A stretch of 61,727 nt of DNA, counting the filler, from Candidatus Fermentibacterota bacterium (lineage in GTDB: Bacteria > JAFGKV01): NCBI GenBank assembly GCA_016928395.1. It is 6 parts of 6 records of this genome, joined end to end, with 100 filler letters (N's around TTAATTAATTAA, not from the genome) between each part and the next. Parts side by side here need not be neighbours in the genome. Positions count along the whole stretch, not along the records: positions 1 to 9,970 come from JAFGKV010000200.1; positions 10,071 to 17,123 come from JAFGKV010000202.1; positions 17,224 to 32,638 come from JAFGKV010000203.1; 3 more parts are not named here. One strand, written 5' to 3'. Positions 9,517 to 20,700 of the stretch are shown here, one piece after another. The notes beneath the pieces were generated by a model, which saw nothing but the letters and a program-made list of their open reading frames with translations, did no database searches and was not told where the DNA came from. Every line of letters begins with the position of its first letter. Position 1 is the first letter of the stretch. The position numbers and the translations under genes are program-made.

Positions 9517-9970
9517 GAGGAGGGCAGAGACGCCCTCCCCCATGGAGGAGGACCGGCGGGGTTGGAGGCAGGCGTGAAGTGCCGGGGTGGCCGGCGGAGG
9601 GAGTCCCCAGCGATTTCCTCGAGGATGTGCCACGGGCGAGCCTGGCCCGCGGCGGAGTGTGTGGAAAGTGGGGTCAGACCAGGTACCACAGCCAGGCAAA
9701 CGGGCAGGAAAGTCTACCGGCACCGTCAGACCTCGAGGACGTCGTGCGTCGAGAGCCGAGGTCCTTGACAGGAAGGAGTTCGAAAACCGGTGTCAGCCGG
9801 ACCGGGAGGATATCCTTGTGTTGCAAAGCGAAAGAACCCCCCTGCCTTTCTCCTGGCACTCTGCTTCGGCCCGCTCGCAGACTTGCCCCTCCACGCAGGA
9901 TGCCTCCACGGCCTGCAGCCTCCTGGGGCTGACACGAACAGCGAAGCGCGAAAAGTAGCACCGCGCCCAC

Positions 9971-10070
9971 NNNNNNNNNNNNNNNNNNNNNNNNNNNNNN
10001 NNNNNNNNNNNNNNTTAATTAATTAANNNNNNNNNNNNNNNNNNNNNNNNNNNNNNNNNNNNNNNNNNNN
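9971..10070. other. Artificial contig linker
   Basis: 100 nt of Ns around TTAATTAATTAA (stops in all six frames). Confidence 0.99.
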
Positions 10071-10380
10071 ATAGAATATCTGGATGGATTTCTCGCTTCA
10101 TTCGCAGTTCTCGGTTACACCCACGAGGCTGGCGACCATTCTTCGAACTCCTCGCCTCTGTGCCCGGTTGCGTGCTTCACGGCGGTGTCGTTTATCCTGA
10201 GCGTAGTCGAGGAACGTGAGATCTCCGGTGCAGATTTCGTCCCTGATCCCGCACCACCGGATGCGGGGCTTCGAGGCTTCGGATTCTTGCGAAGCGATGA
10301 ATCGGGCGTTGACGCGAAGGCGATCCAAGGCTTTTCTCCCCGGCGACCCTCACCCTATGCCCTGCCACTAGGAGTGTGCC

Positions 10381-12822
10381 ATGGTGCGCATCGTGATCAC
10401 CGCCGTCGTGTTGAGCCTCTTCTTTTCGTCCATCGCTCTGTCCCGACCCCGCCTCGGCCCTCCGCCCGAGGGGTTTTGGGGCATTCATCAGACAGAGCTG
10501 GAGGCCAATAGAGGCCGGCAGCCGGCCTTCGTGCCCCATGTCTGGCCTGTCGCGCCTCTCACCAAGGACCGGGGACCGGCCCTAAGCCGGGAGGTCTTCG
10601 GCTACTACCCGTATTGGGTCAGCGGCTACGCGAGTCTGCGCTGGGACTTGCTGTCGACCCTGGCCTACTTCTGCGTCGAGGCCAACGGCGACGGGTCTTT
10701 GGGCGCGCTGCATGGCTGGCCTGTCACCGGGCTCATCAACGAGGCGCATCTCAATGGCGTGCGGGTCGTACTCACGGTCACGTGCTTTAGCTCGTCCACC
10801 ATCACGTCCATCCTGAGCTCGCCCGCCCATCGCACGAATCTGGTGAGCAATCTGCTGACCCAGGTGCAAGCCGGAGGTGCCGACGGCGTGAATGTCGACT
10901 TTGAAGGGATGCCAGCGGCTCAGAAGGACAGCTTGACTTTGTTCATGCAGGAGTTGTCCACAACGTTCCACGCGGCCATTCCGGGCTCGCACATCACCAT
11001 CGCGACTCCCGCGGTGGACTGGTCCGGCGCCTTCGACTACGATGAGCTGGCCTATGCCTGCGATGGCCTCATGGTCATGGGCTATGACTACTTCTGGAGC
11101 GGCTCCCCCACCACGGGCCCCGTGGCGCCCCTGGACGGTTATGCCTATGACGTGACCTGGACGGTCAATGACTATCTGAACTACTCCGGGGGCCAGAACG
11201 ACAAGATCATTGTGGGCTGCCCCTACTACGGGTTCGACTGGCCTTGCACGGGCTCCACGCCCGGATCTTCCACGACTGGTTCAGGCACCGCCAAGACCTT
11301 CCAGGTTGCCGAGCCCCTTGCCCAGACGTACGGAAAGCAGTGGCACGCGCCCTCATCTACGCCGTGGTATGCCTACAACTCTGGGAGCTGGCATCAGTGT
11401 TGGTATGATGACTGGGCGAGCCTGGAGGCGAAGTACGGTCTGTTCGTGAGCCAGGATCTGCAGGGTGCCGGGATCTGGGCGTTGCGCTATGACAGCAACC
11501 GGGTCGAGCTGTGGGACGCGCTGGACCGCTTCTTCGGCACCGTGCCTCGGGATCTTCGGCTCGTGAACGAAGGCCTGGGCGATCTTCGCGTGACCTGGGC
11601 GGCGGTGAAGGGGGCGGCGTCGTATAGAGTCTACGGGAGCACCGACGGGTTGAGCTTCGACGCAGGCACCGCCGTGGCGGACACGACCGTGCTCCTGGAG
11701 GCTCTGCCCATCGGCACGGTGCGATATGTCCGGATCACAAGCCTGGTCAACGGCGCCGAGAGCCCCCCGGGCGAGGTGCTGGGAGCCCGGGTGTCGGTCA
11801 TGCCGGCCGAGGTCCTGCTGGTGCATGGGTTCGACCGGCGCTCGGCGGGCAATACCCGCGACTACCTCCGGCAGCATGCCGCCTCCCTGGGCAGTCTCGG
11901 CATCGCCTTCGACGCCTGCAGCAATGAGGCCGTGGTGGACGGCCGGATCACGTTGGCCGACTATGCCGCCGTGGACTGGATTCTGGGCAATGAGTCAACC
12001 AGCGACGAGTCGTTCGCGTGGGCCGAGCAGGCTCTGGCAACGGCCTATCTCCAAAGCGGCGGGAGCCTGCTGATCTCGGGTTCCGAGATCGGCTATGATC
12101 TCCAGGCCCAGGGCAGCGCCACGGATCAAGTCTTTTATCACGACTACCTGAAGACCGACTACGCGGGAGACGATGCGGGGGTCTACCAGGCCCAGGGTGC
12201 CGCCGGCGGCATCTTCGCGGGGGTCGCCGCCTTCGGCTTTGACGACGGTACCCACGGCACCTATGACGTGGCCTATCCCGACCGGATCGCGGGCTACGGC
12301 GGCAGCACGGCATGCCTGACCTACACAGGGACCGCCTACGATGCCGGGGTGCAGTACAGCGGCACCGTGCCCGCAGGCTCGGCGCCGTGCAAGATAGTCA
12401 GCCTGGGGTTCCCGTTGGAGACAGTCTATGTCGCCACCGCGAGAGATACCCTCTTCTCCCGGGTCATGAGCTTCTTCGGCATCGGGCCCGAGCCGGACGT
12501 GGTGCCGCCGGAGGCGGTGGGCGATCTCGCGGTCATGGCATCGAGCGCCGATCTGGTGTTGACCTGGTCTGCCGTGACCCACGACACGTTGGGGTCACCG
12601 GAGAACGTGGCGCGGTACGTGATCTACCGGGTGTTCACCGCGCACGCAGGCATCGGCCCTGCCGATTCGGTGGAAACCACGGCCGCGACCGGATGGACCG
12701 ACGGTGGAGCCTTACCGCCCGCCGGTCTTTCCGCCTTCTACTCGGTGCAGGTGGTGGATACGTCGGAGAACCGGTCGGCCCTGAGCGCCCGGGCCGGCGG
12801 GGTCAGCGTCGCCTTGCCGTGA
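10381..12822 (+). CDS. Secreted glycoside hydrolase family 18 with FN3-like and accessory domains
   Basis: Signal peptide; EVFGYYPYW, DGVNVDFE (DxxDxDxE-like, Glu retained), VMGYDY and GAGIWAL motifs; FN3-like segments; C-terminus ends GVSVALP. Confidence 0.88.
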   Translation: MVRIVITAVVLSLFFSSIALSRPRLGPPPEGFWGIHQTELEANRGRQPAFVPHVWPVAPLTKDRGPALSREVFGYYPYWVSGYASLRWDLLSTLAYFCVEANGDGSLGALHGWPVTGLINEAHLNGVRVVLTVTCFSSSTITSILSSPAHRTNLVSNLLTQVQAGGADGVNVDFEGMPAAQKDSLTLFMQELSTTFHAAIPGSHITIATPAVDWSGAFDYDELAYACDGLMVMGYDYFWSGSPTTGPVAPLDGYAYDVTWTVNDYLNYSGGQNDKIIVGCPYYGFDWPCTGSTPGSSTTGSGTAKTFQVAEPLAQTYGKQWHAPSSTPWYAYNSGSWHQCWYDDWASLEAKYGLFVSQDLQGAGIWALRYDSNRVELWDALDRFFGTVPRDLRLVNEGLGDLRVTWAAVKGAASYRVYGSTDGLSFDAGTAVADTTVLLEALPIGTVRYVRITSLVNGAESPPGEVLGARVSVMPAEVLLVHGFDRRSAGNTRDYLRQHAASLGSLGIAFDACSNEAVVDGRITLADYAAVDWILGNESTSDESFAWAEQALATAYLQSGGSLLISGSEIGYDLQAQGSATDQVFYHDYLKTDYAGDDAGVYQAQGAAGGIFAGVAAFGFDDGTHGTYDVAYPDRIAGYGGSTACLTYTGTAYDAGVQYSGTVPAGSAPCKIVSLGFPLETVYVATARDTLFSRVMSFFGIGPEPDVVPPEAVGDLAVMASSADLVLTWSAVTHDTLGSPENVARYVIYRVFTAHAGIGPADSVETTAATGWTDGGALPPAGLSAFYSVQVVDTSENRSALSARAGGVSVALP

Positions 12823-12894
12823 ACCACGCCGAGCCGAGAGACCTTGAGGCAGTAACACGCTGAGGCCAGCCGTCTCGGATGCACTCTCCGTGCG

Positions 12895-15204
12895 CTAGGT
12901 CGCCCCTGCCGTTTCGCCCCTGCGCCCGAACGAGAACACGATCACCAGGATTCCCGCATAGGCCGCGGCAGCAAGGTAGAACATCAACGCGTATCCCGTA
13001 ATGATTGGCACCACGAGTGAGACCACGATCCCTAGAATTGAGAACGAGACGTCCGTCGCGTACGCCAGCACTACATGCGCAGCACCCTTTGCCCGAGCAC
13101 GCTCGAGTAGGTAGGGGAATGGAACGCCCAGCACGATGCCCAGCGGCAGGAAGATCCCCGCGCACAGAGCGATCCGTCCGGCAAGCGTCAAGGACGCCAG
13201 GCTTCCCGTCATCGACTCCGTGAGCGCGGGAAGGCAGAGAATCGTCGCCACTGTCAGCCCGAGGAGTGCCTTGACCGCCACAGCCGAAAGGAGCGTGGTG
13301 CGAAGACTCAGCATATAGCTGGTCAGCCCGGCACCGATGAGCACAGCGGTGATGACAACAGTGCCTGCCAAGTATGGCGCACCGAATACCGGGACTATCC
13401 GCTGTATCAGCACGGTCACCACCGTCATGAAGCCAAAGCCCGTACAGGCTGCATAGGCCACTTGCCTTCTGGCGAACGCGGAGTCAAGCCCCGAGAATGC
13501 ACCGCGTTGTCGGGCACGGCGGACCACGAAGAAGACGGCAGCCAGCGATGTGACGAGCAGGAACGCCGCCGCTTCGCGAACTGGTCGCGGCGGTGTTCGG
13601 CCAGCGATGTAGAAGAAGGGGCGATCGTTCGTTGTCGTTTCTGCGCCAGAGGCTGTTCGCAGGAAGGCGTCCGAGTCAGTGAGCACTGCCGTTGAGGGGC
13701 CTTCAGACATGAGGTTGTGCAGCCGTGCGCGGTCGACCCCCCCCCGCTGGTAGAGCGCGAAGACGCCTCTGCCGGCCTCCTGCCGGGTCGTCACAACCAT
13801 GACATCACGGGGGTCCACGCCGAGCTCAAGCAGATTCCGGTACACGTGCACGGCCACCGTGGGGTATTCCCCGATGGCGGCCTGTCGTCCGTATTCGTTC
13901 ATGCTCTCGGCGAGCGCGATAATCAGAACCCCGTGGCGACTGAGCGATGTAACGGCCACTTCCAACCCTTCAACGGAGTAGAGGTAGTTCTCCGCTTTCA
14001 CCAGGCTCTGCAGGGCCGATGCGATGAATGAATCCGCGAAGGGGTAGAGAATGAGGGAATAGGGCCCCGGATGCGACTTGAGGTAGGACAGGCCCTCCCA
14101 GGACAGGTAGTTGACACCAGGCGCAGCGAGGTACGGAGCCTCTCGACGGAATGATCGGGCAAAGCGGACGACCTCCGGGTCCAGCTCGACCGCGATGACA
14201 CTGTCTGCCCTGCCCGCGAACAGCCGTACCTGGGGCCCGGCGCCGGCACCGATTATCAGCACCCGCGAGAGGTCTTCAGGATAGCCATACACGGGATTGT
14301 CGCGAGTCTGGCAATCGAGGGATTGCTGATCGATGATCAGTGCCGTGGTGCCGAGGTTGTCGTAGAGTACGACGTACAGACTGTCGGTTTTTGCGTAGTT
14401 GAGCTTCCTGTACGGAGACCATCCAATGTACTCTGTCCGGTAGTCACCGGAGAGGAACCCCCTCGCCGTGTCCACCACTCTGTCCACCACTCCGCGGTAT
14501 TCCCGGGTATAGGCGCTGCGCAAGAGGTCGAACTCCCGGATCGGCGGAATGAGCGCTACGTAGACGAGTGCACCTGCTACCACGGTTGCCGGCAAGGCAA
14601 TCTTTATGCCGCGGCTCCTGGGCCGTTCGACGATGAGGAGTACCAGCAAGAGGGAACCAAGAACGGGCAGGAAATAGAGCACCAGGGGATCAGCCACCGA
14701 GATAAGGACGATGGGAAGGGCGCCTCCCAGGGCTGAGCCCGCTATGTCGCTGGCCCAGGTGCGCAGGAGGGCTCCGGACTCAGCGGCAGATGTGAGGATA
14801 TGAGCGAGAGCATAGCCAAAAAGAACATAGATGACTGTGAAGAATGGATACAGCAGGTACATGCAAATCATAACGTAGTCAATGAAGGCAGATCGCGAAA
14901 CAAACTGCAGGAATACCACCGAAAATGCCACGATCACAAGAATCATCAAAAATAGGAGGGCCGGTAAGAAAGGGAGAACGTTGAAGAAACGCGGAGGGGT
15001 GTTCCGTGGTCGTGACAGCCAGATGAAGTTCCCGAGTCCGAGGCCCAGTATGGCGGAAGCATATACGAAAAACGACGCCAGCGTGAACCCGATTCGTATG
15101 CCCGAGAGGATTCTCAGGAGGAGCAGTTCACTGCTGATGACGGAGAAGGCTGTAAGAAAGGCTGCGAGGTGCGTCCTCGGCGGCGCCAGTGGCTTAAGTG
15201 TCAT
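12895..15204 (-). CDS. Membrane protein with a central spermidine-synthase-like SAM-binding domain
   Basis: Multi-TM N- and C-termini; VLIIGAGAG, AVELDP, ENYLYSVE and TNDRPFFY motifs. Confidence 0.85.
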   Translation of the reverse strand: MTLKPLAPPRTHLAAFLTAFSVISSELLLLRILSGIRIGFTLASFFVYASAILGLGLGNFIWLSRPRNTPPRFFNVLPFLPALLFLMILVIVAFSVVFLQFVSRSAFIDYVMICMYLLYPFFTVIYVLFGYALAHILTSAAESGALLRTWASDIAGSALGGALPIVLISVADPLVLYFLPVLGSLLLVLLIVERPRSRGIKIALPATVVAGALVYVALIPPIREFDLLRSAYTREYRGVVDRVVDTARGFLSGDYRTEYIGWSPYRKLNYAKTDSLYVVLYDNLGTTALIIDQQSLDCQTRDNPVYGYPEDLSRVLIIGAGAGPQVRLFAGRADSVIAVELDPEVVRFARSFRREAPYLAAPGVNYLSWEGLSYLKSHPGPYSLILYPFADSFIASALQSLVKAENYLYSVEGLEVAVTSLSRHGVLIIALAESMNEYGRQAAIGEYPTVAVHVYRNLLELGVDPRDVMVVTTRQEAGRGVFALYQRGGVDRARLHNLMSEGPSTAVLTDSDAFLRTASGAETTTNDRPFFYIAGRTPPRPVREAAAFLLVTSLAAVFFVVRRARQRGAFSGLDSAFARRQVAYAACTGFGFMTVVTVLIQRIVPVFGAPYLAGTVVITAVLIGAGLTSYMLSLRTTLLSAVAVKALLGLTVATILCLPALTESMTGSLASLTLAGRIALCAGIFLPLGIVLGVPFPYLLERARAKGAAHVVLAYATDVSFSILGIVVSLVVPIITGYALMFYLAAAAYAGILVIVFSFGRRGETAGAT

Positions 15205-17123
15205 CCAGTACTCCTGTTGACGTCAGCGATTCGCAGCACAGAACGTGGCTTCTCCTGCTGCGCTCATCCCGAGAATGGTCCCACCAGGCAACGGCAGAAT
15301 GGCTCCCGTCGCGCAACTCTGCGCTACGTCCCCTCGCCCCTGCGCCCGAACGAAACACGATCACCAGGATTCCCGCGTACGCCGCGGCAGCGAGGTAGAA
15401 CAGCACTGCGTAGCCCGTCACGATCGGGAGAACGAGCGACACCACTATCCCCACAATCGCGAACGATACGTCAGTGGCATACGCCAGCACTACGTGCGCC
15501 GATCCCTTGGCTCGGGCTCGCTCCAGCAGGCTGGGGAACGGGACGCCGAGTAGGAGCCCCAACGGCAGGAAGAGCCCGCAGCAGATCGCGATCCGTCCGG
15601 GCAGTGTCCGGGATATCATGCTTTCGGAGACCGCCTCGGTGAGCGCTGGGAGTGAGAGGATGACGAGTACCGTCACCGCCAGCAGCGGTTTCAGAGTCCG
15701 GGCAGGAAGTGGAGTGCGGCGGAAACCCAGAAGGAAGCTCGTGAGTCCTGCGCCGAGGAGCATGGCGGTAATGACGACCGTGCCCGCCAGGTATGGCGCC
15801 CCAAACACGGGAACGATGCGCTGGATCAACACGGTTTCCACGGTCATGAACCCATACCCGGTGCAGGCTGCATATGCCACAAGCTGCCCCACGGAGCTCC
15901 GGTCGAGCCCTGAGAACGCACCGTTGCGATGGGCTCGACGAACAACAAGGAGGATTGCGCCAAGAGATGTGAGGAGCAGAAACGTGGCTGCTTCTCGCAC
16001 CGGCGCGGGAGGGATCCTGCCGGGAATGTAGAAGAACGGCCGGTCATTGGTGGTACCGGCAGATGTCGATGCCATGCGGAGAAACCGCTCTGAATCCGTG
16101 AGGACGCTGAGCTGGGGTTCGTTCGAGAGCAGATCGAGCAGTCTGCCACGATTCACGCCCCCGGGTTCGTAGAGCACGAAGACCGCCCTCCCCGCTTCTC
16201 TCCGTGCGGTCACCACCATCACGTTGCGCTGATCGATCCCGAGCCCCAGCAAGTTCCGATAGGCATGTACCGCAACAGTCGGGAACCCGTCGATGCCGTC
16301 GCGCACTCCGTACTCGTTCATGCTCTCCGCAAGGTGGATCAGCAGCAACCCGGTCTCGTCGAGCGCGCTCACTGCCGCTCGAAGCCCCTCGACAGTGTAG
16401 AGGTAGTTCTCCGCTTTCACGAGACTCTGCATCGACGATGCGATGAAGGAGTCGGTGAGAGGATAGAGTATGAGCGAGTAAGGGCCGGGGTGCGACTTGA
16501 GATACGAGAGCCCCTCCTGTGCCAGGTAGTTCACGCCGGGAGCCCTGAGATAGGGCGCTTCATCGGCATGCGACAACGCGAAGTCAACAACGAGCGGGTC
16601 GAGTTCAACGGCGACGATGCTATCGGCCCTTCCTGCGAAGAACCGTACCTGAGGGCCGGCCCCGGCGCCGACGATGAGCACCCGTGTGAGATTCCCTGGG
16701 TACGAGTATACGGGCTCCTCGCGAGTCTCTTCCTCGTGCTCGGCATCTTTCGTGATCAGGGCCGTGGTGCCGAGGTTGTCGTACATCACCACATAAAGGC
16801 CATCTGTCTTCGTGTAGTTCAGTTTCCGGTAGGGAGACCATCCGATGTACTTCATCCGGTAGCCACCGGTGAGGAATCCCCTGAAGGTGTCCGTGAACCG
16901 CTCGGCGATACTGTCGAATTCTTGTTCGTATGCGCTGCGCAGCAGGTCGAACTCGCGGATCGGAGAGATGAGCGACACGTAGACCAGGCCCGAAGCGATG
17001 ACGGCAGCGCCTACCCGAAGTCTTCCGGTTCGTCGTCCTGTATTGGTTCAGCGTGAACGAGACCGCAGGGATGTAGTAGTAAGGGACAAGTGGGGCCACG
17101 AGTATGGCCGCGTCTCTGCATAG
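15194..17123 (-). CDS. Tandem paralog of the spermidine-synthase-like membrane protein, partial and frameshifted
   Basis: Closely similar to 12895-15204. Runs off the contig end; apparent frameshifts near 17050 and about 15353. Confidence 0.75.
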
Positions 17124-17223
17124 NNNNNNNNNNNNNNNNNNNNNNNNNNNNNNNNNNNNNNNNNNNNTTAATTAATTAANNNNNNNNNNNNNNNNNNNNN
17201 NNNNNNNNNNNNNNNNNNNNNNN
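17124..17223. other. Artificial contig linker
   Basis: N run with TTAATTAATTAA. Confidence 0.99.
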
Positions 17224-17408
17224 GCGTCGACTTCCTCCCTCTCATATCCCGCAAACGTCAAGGACAGCGTCGTCCGCGACCCCCCATCCTCCAGCACCGC
17301 CACATCCCCCGCCTGAGGCTGCGACGACGACACCGATACCCACGAGCCAAACGACACCACTGGCACCAGTAGGAGAAGAACCATCAAGGATCCGGCTGTA
17401 CGACGCAC
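17224..17408 (-). CDS. N-terminus of a secreted protein, possibly gingipain/C25 propeptide-like (truncated)
   Basis: GTG start after GGAGG; signal peptide then WVSVSS...VAVLEDGGSRTTLSLTFAGY; cut by the contig end. Confidence 0.55.
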
Positions 17409-17749
17409 GGGGGAAACCTCCGGGTCAAGGGAATAGTGATATGAAAGTGCATCGTGAGGTCGACTCACGGGGACACACTGAAGGCCAATCCAAGATCACC
17501 GCTTGGGAGGCGCGACGCAAGCATCATGGGCGTCGCCGGGCTCAGCCTTCACGGTGCGGTTCGCGGCCGATCACGCTGCACGGGCGGTCGGGAGGGTTCA
17601 CGCCTCGGCGTGTGGCACTCCACGCGTACCGGTTCGTGCTGGGCCGTCGGGCGCATACGAATCGCGGTCACACGTGGAGGCTGTGCCGTGCTCGCCGTCG
17701 TTGCCCGGGCCCGCTGCAACTGCGGGCGCGAGGCAATCCCGTGGTCGAG

Positions 17750-20700
17750 CTACTTGATGATCAACGCCTGGGTCGCCACGCCATGGCCGTGCCGGACAAC
17801 CAGCTGGTAGGCGCCGGACGCGATCCGCTCGGGAATGACCCAGGTGATCTCGTGGATCCCGACTGCCAGATCATCCCGCAGCATGATCACTTCCCGGCCG
17901 CCAAGATCGTGCAAGGCCAGACGCGCCGGCGTCGAGGGGTCGTCGGGAATCTGCATGGTGATCTGAACCTCGCGGCGTGCGGGATTCGGCCGGGGGCCAC
18001 GCATGGCCACAACGTGTGGTTTCACCAGGGCTAGGGCAGGGCCATAGGTCGTCTTCGTTCCACCAACATCCAGCTGTTCCAGCCAGTACCGGTACGTGCC
18101 GGGGCCGGGAACTCGGTCCACATACTCGTAAGAGGTTGGCGCAGCGCACGTCCCAGCGCCCGGGATCATCTCCGGGGAGACCTGGCGCCGCGGGGCATCG
18201 GCGCCGTCCGACCGGAGGAGATGGAAGCCCAGGTTTCCTTCTTCGCTGGCGGTTGTCCATCGCAGCGTCACCGAAGCCCCGGACGTCGCCACCGCCTCGA
18301 ATGACGCAAGCTCCACGGGCACCACCGTACCGCTGAACACATAGGCCTTGCCCGAACCCGCGGCCCCTCCGTCCTCGTACAGCGCGCCGATCAGCAGGTC
18401 ATCGAATCCATCGCCGTCTCGATCACCGATCCCGGCGACGGCTGCCCCGAAGTGGCCGTATTCCTCGGGGGTGGGGGAAACCAGCGAGGCCATCAGAGTG
18501 CCGGTAGCACCGGAGAATAGGTAGACCCGTCCTGACTCAGTTTGCCCGCCGTTCTCGCCGGAAGCCCCTGCGATGATGTCATCATAGGTGTCATTGTCCA
18601 CATCACCCGCGTTGGCCAGCGATGCGCCGAAGAACCCCCAGTCGCCCGGGTTGGGAGAGACGAGGGTATAGAGCGATCCGCCAGTCTGCCCGTCGAACAC
18701 GTATGCCCGACCTGATGACGAGTAGCCGTCGTGGTTCTCGGTGGATCCTACCGTCACATCCGCGTGGCCGTCGTGATTGACGTCGCCCGCGCTCGACACG
18801 CAGGTGCCGAATGAGCCCCCTGACGCCGCGTTCGGCGAGGTGAGGGTGTGCAGTATGCCGCCGGTTTGGCCGCTGAACACGTACGCAATGCCTGCTCCAC
18901 CAGCTCCACCATACTCGCTGTCTGCGCCGATGATCACGTCATCGAAGCCATCATTGTCGACGTCGCCCGCCCCGGCGACGGACCACGCGAACCTGCCTGC
19001 CCAGGTCGGGTCCGGCGTGACAAGGGTGCGCAGCAAGGTTCCCGTGCCCGCGTCGAAAACATAGGCCCGCCCGGCGGCCGGTTGACCACTGACGGTTTCG
19101 CCGTAGGCGCCGACCACAAGGTCGGGATCGCCGTCATCGTCGACATCGCCTGCATGCGCAACCGCACACCCGAATCGGCCGTTGCTCTGAGCGTTGGGCG
19201 AGACCAAGGTGAGTCGTGGTGCGCCCAGGTCGCCGGAGAAGAAGTAGACCTTGCCGGCATTCAAAACGCCGCCTCCATCCTCGTATGACGCGCCAATCAC
19301 GAAATCGTCCATTCCATCAGCCGTGGCATCGCCGACCGAGAACAAGACCCCTCCGAAGAACCCCGGAGACTCGGGAGATGGTGAGCCGATGGCCTGAATC
19401 AGGCTGGCGTCACTGCCGCTGAAGAGATAGGCCGTACCCGATTCGGTTGCGCCGCCGTCCTCCCAGAACCCGCCGACCAGCGCATCGGAGACTCCATCAC
19501 CATTCAGGTCGCCGATAGCGGACACGGCGACACCAAACTCCCCGCCTTCCTTGGCATTGGGCGACACGAATGTCTGCAGCAACGAACCGTCGCTGCCGCT
19601 GAGCAGGTAGACTCTGCCGGCATCGGTGGCCCCGCCGTCCTCATAGCTGGCACCGACCAAGAGCTCGGGGCAGCCGTCGCTGTTCGAATCGGGCACCCGG
19701 GCGATGGAAACACCGAAGGCGCCGCCTTCTTCCGAATTGGGAGACATGTAGATCCTCAAAAGGGACCCGTCGATCCCACTGAAGGCGTAGACCCTTCCGG
19801 CATCGGTAGCGCCGCCGTCCTCCCCTGCGGCGGAAACGATGATGTCGGGGCGGCCGTCACTATTCATGTCGTCTATCCCGAGTACGTCGGAACCAAAGAA
19901 GCCCCACTCCTCGGGACTGGGAGAGACCAGGGTGTGCAGCAGGGCGCCGGTCTGCCCGCTGAACACATAGGCGCGGCCGGCAGACTGGAGCCCGCTCACG
20001 AGCTCCTGCGTTCCGACGATCACGTCGTCGTACCCGTCATTGTCGACATCGCCGACGCCGTCAACGGCGACTCCGAAGAAACCAGTGATGTTCGCATTGG
20101 GAGAAACGAAGGTGTAGATCAGCCCGCCGGTCTGCCCGCTGAACACATAGGCGCGACCGGCGTCGAATGTCCCCCCGTCTTCGCTGCCGGCACCGATGAT
20201 CACATCGTCGTACCCGTCATCATCCACATCACCGGCCCCCGACACCGAGTCTCCAAACCTGCCCGTAACCTCGGGGTTCGGGGACACGAAGGTCCACAGC
20301 AGCGTGCCGGTCTGGGCGTCGAATACGTAGGCGCGGCCGGAGTTCGTGGCCCCGCCATCCTCGATGTAGGCGCCGACGATGATGTCGGGGGCACCGTCGT
20401 TGTTTACGTCACCGGCAAGCCCCGCAGACCAGGCGAACCGCCCGCTGACTTCGGGGTTGGGAGAGACCAGGGTGTAGTCGGGGGCATCGAGATCCCCGTC
20501 GAACACATAGACGCGGCCGGCGTCGCTGATCCCTGCGCCGTCTTCCCGCCATGCCCCGACGATGAAATCGTCATAGCCATCCCCGTTGGCATCGGGCAGT
20601 GCATCTACCGAGCGTCCGAAGTTGCCCCACGTCTCCGGGCCGGCCGAGTGGAACGTGAAGAACGGATCACCCGTTACGCCCTCGAACAGATAGACCGCGC

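Noticed and set aside
9690..9740. GGCAAAC...GAAA resembling a c-di-GMP-I (GEMM) riboswitch
   Set aside because: The stem around GAAA pairs poorly, and the downstream ACGCAAAG and tetraloop-receptor elements are absent.
9562..9768. Possible further RAYT HTH tail (GGRRRE...CVESGVRPGTTARQTG)
   Set aside because: The resemblance is too weak to support without a tblastn comparison.
10186..10250. Degenerate TCCTGAGCGTAGTCGA REP-like unit
   Set aside because: It is a single imperfect copy near a contig end, too weak to call.
12895..17123. Diversity-generating retroelement TR/VR pair
   Set aside because: The similarity spans whole paralogous genes, differences are not adenine-specific, and there is no reverse transcriptase.
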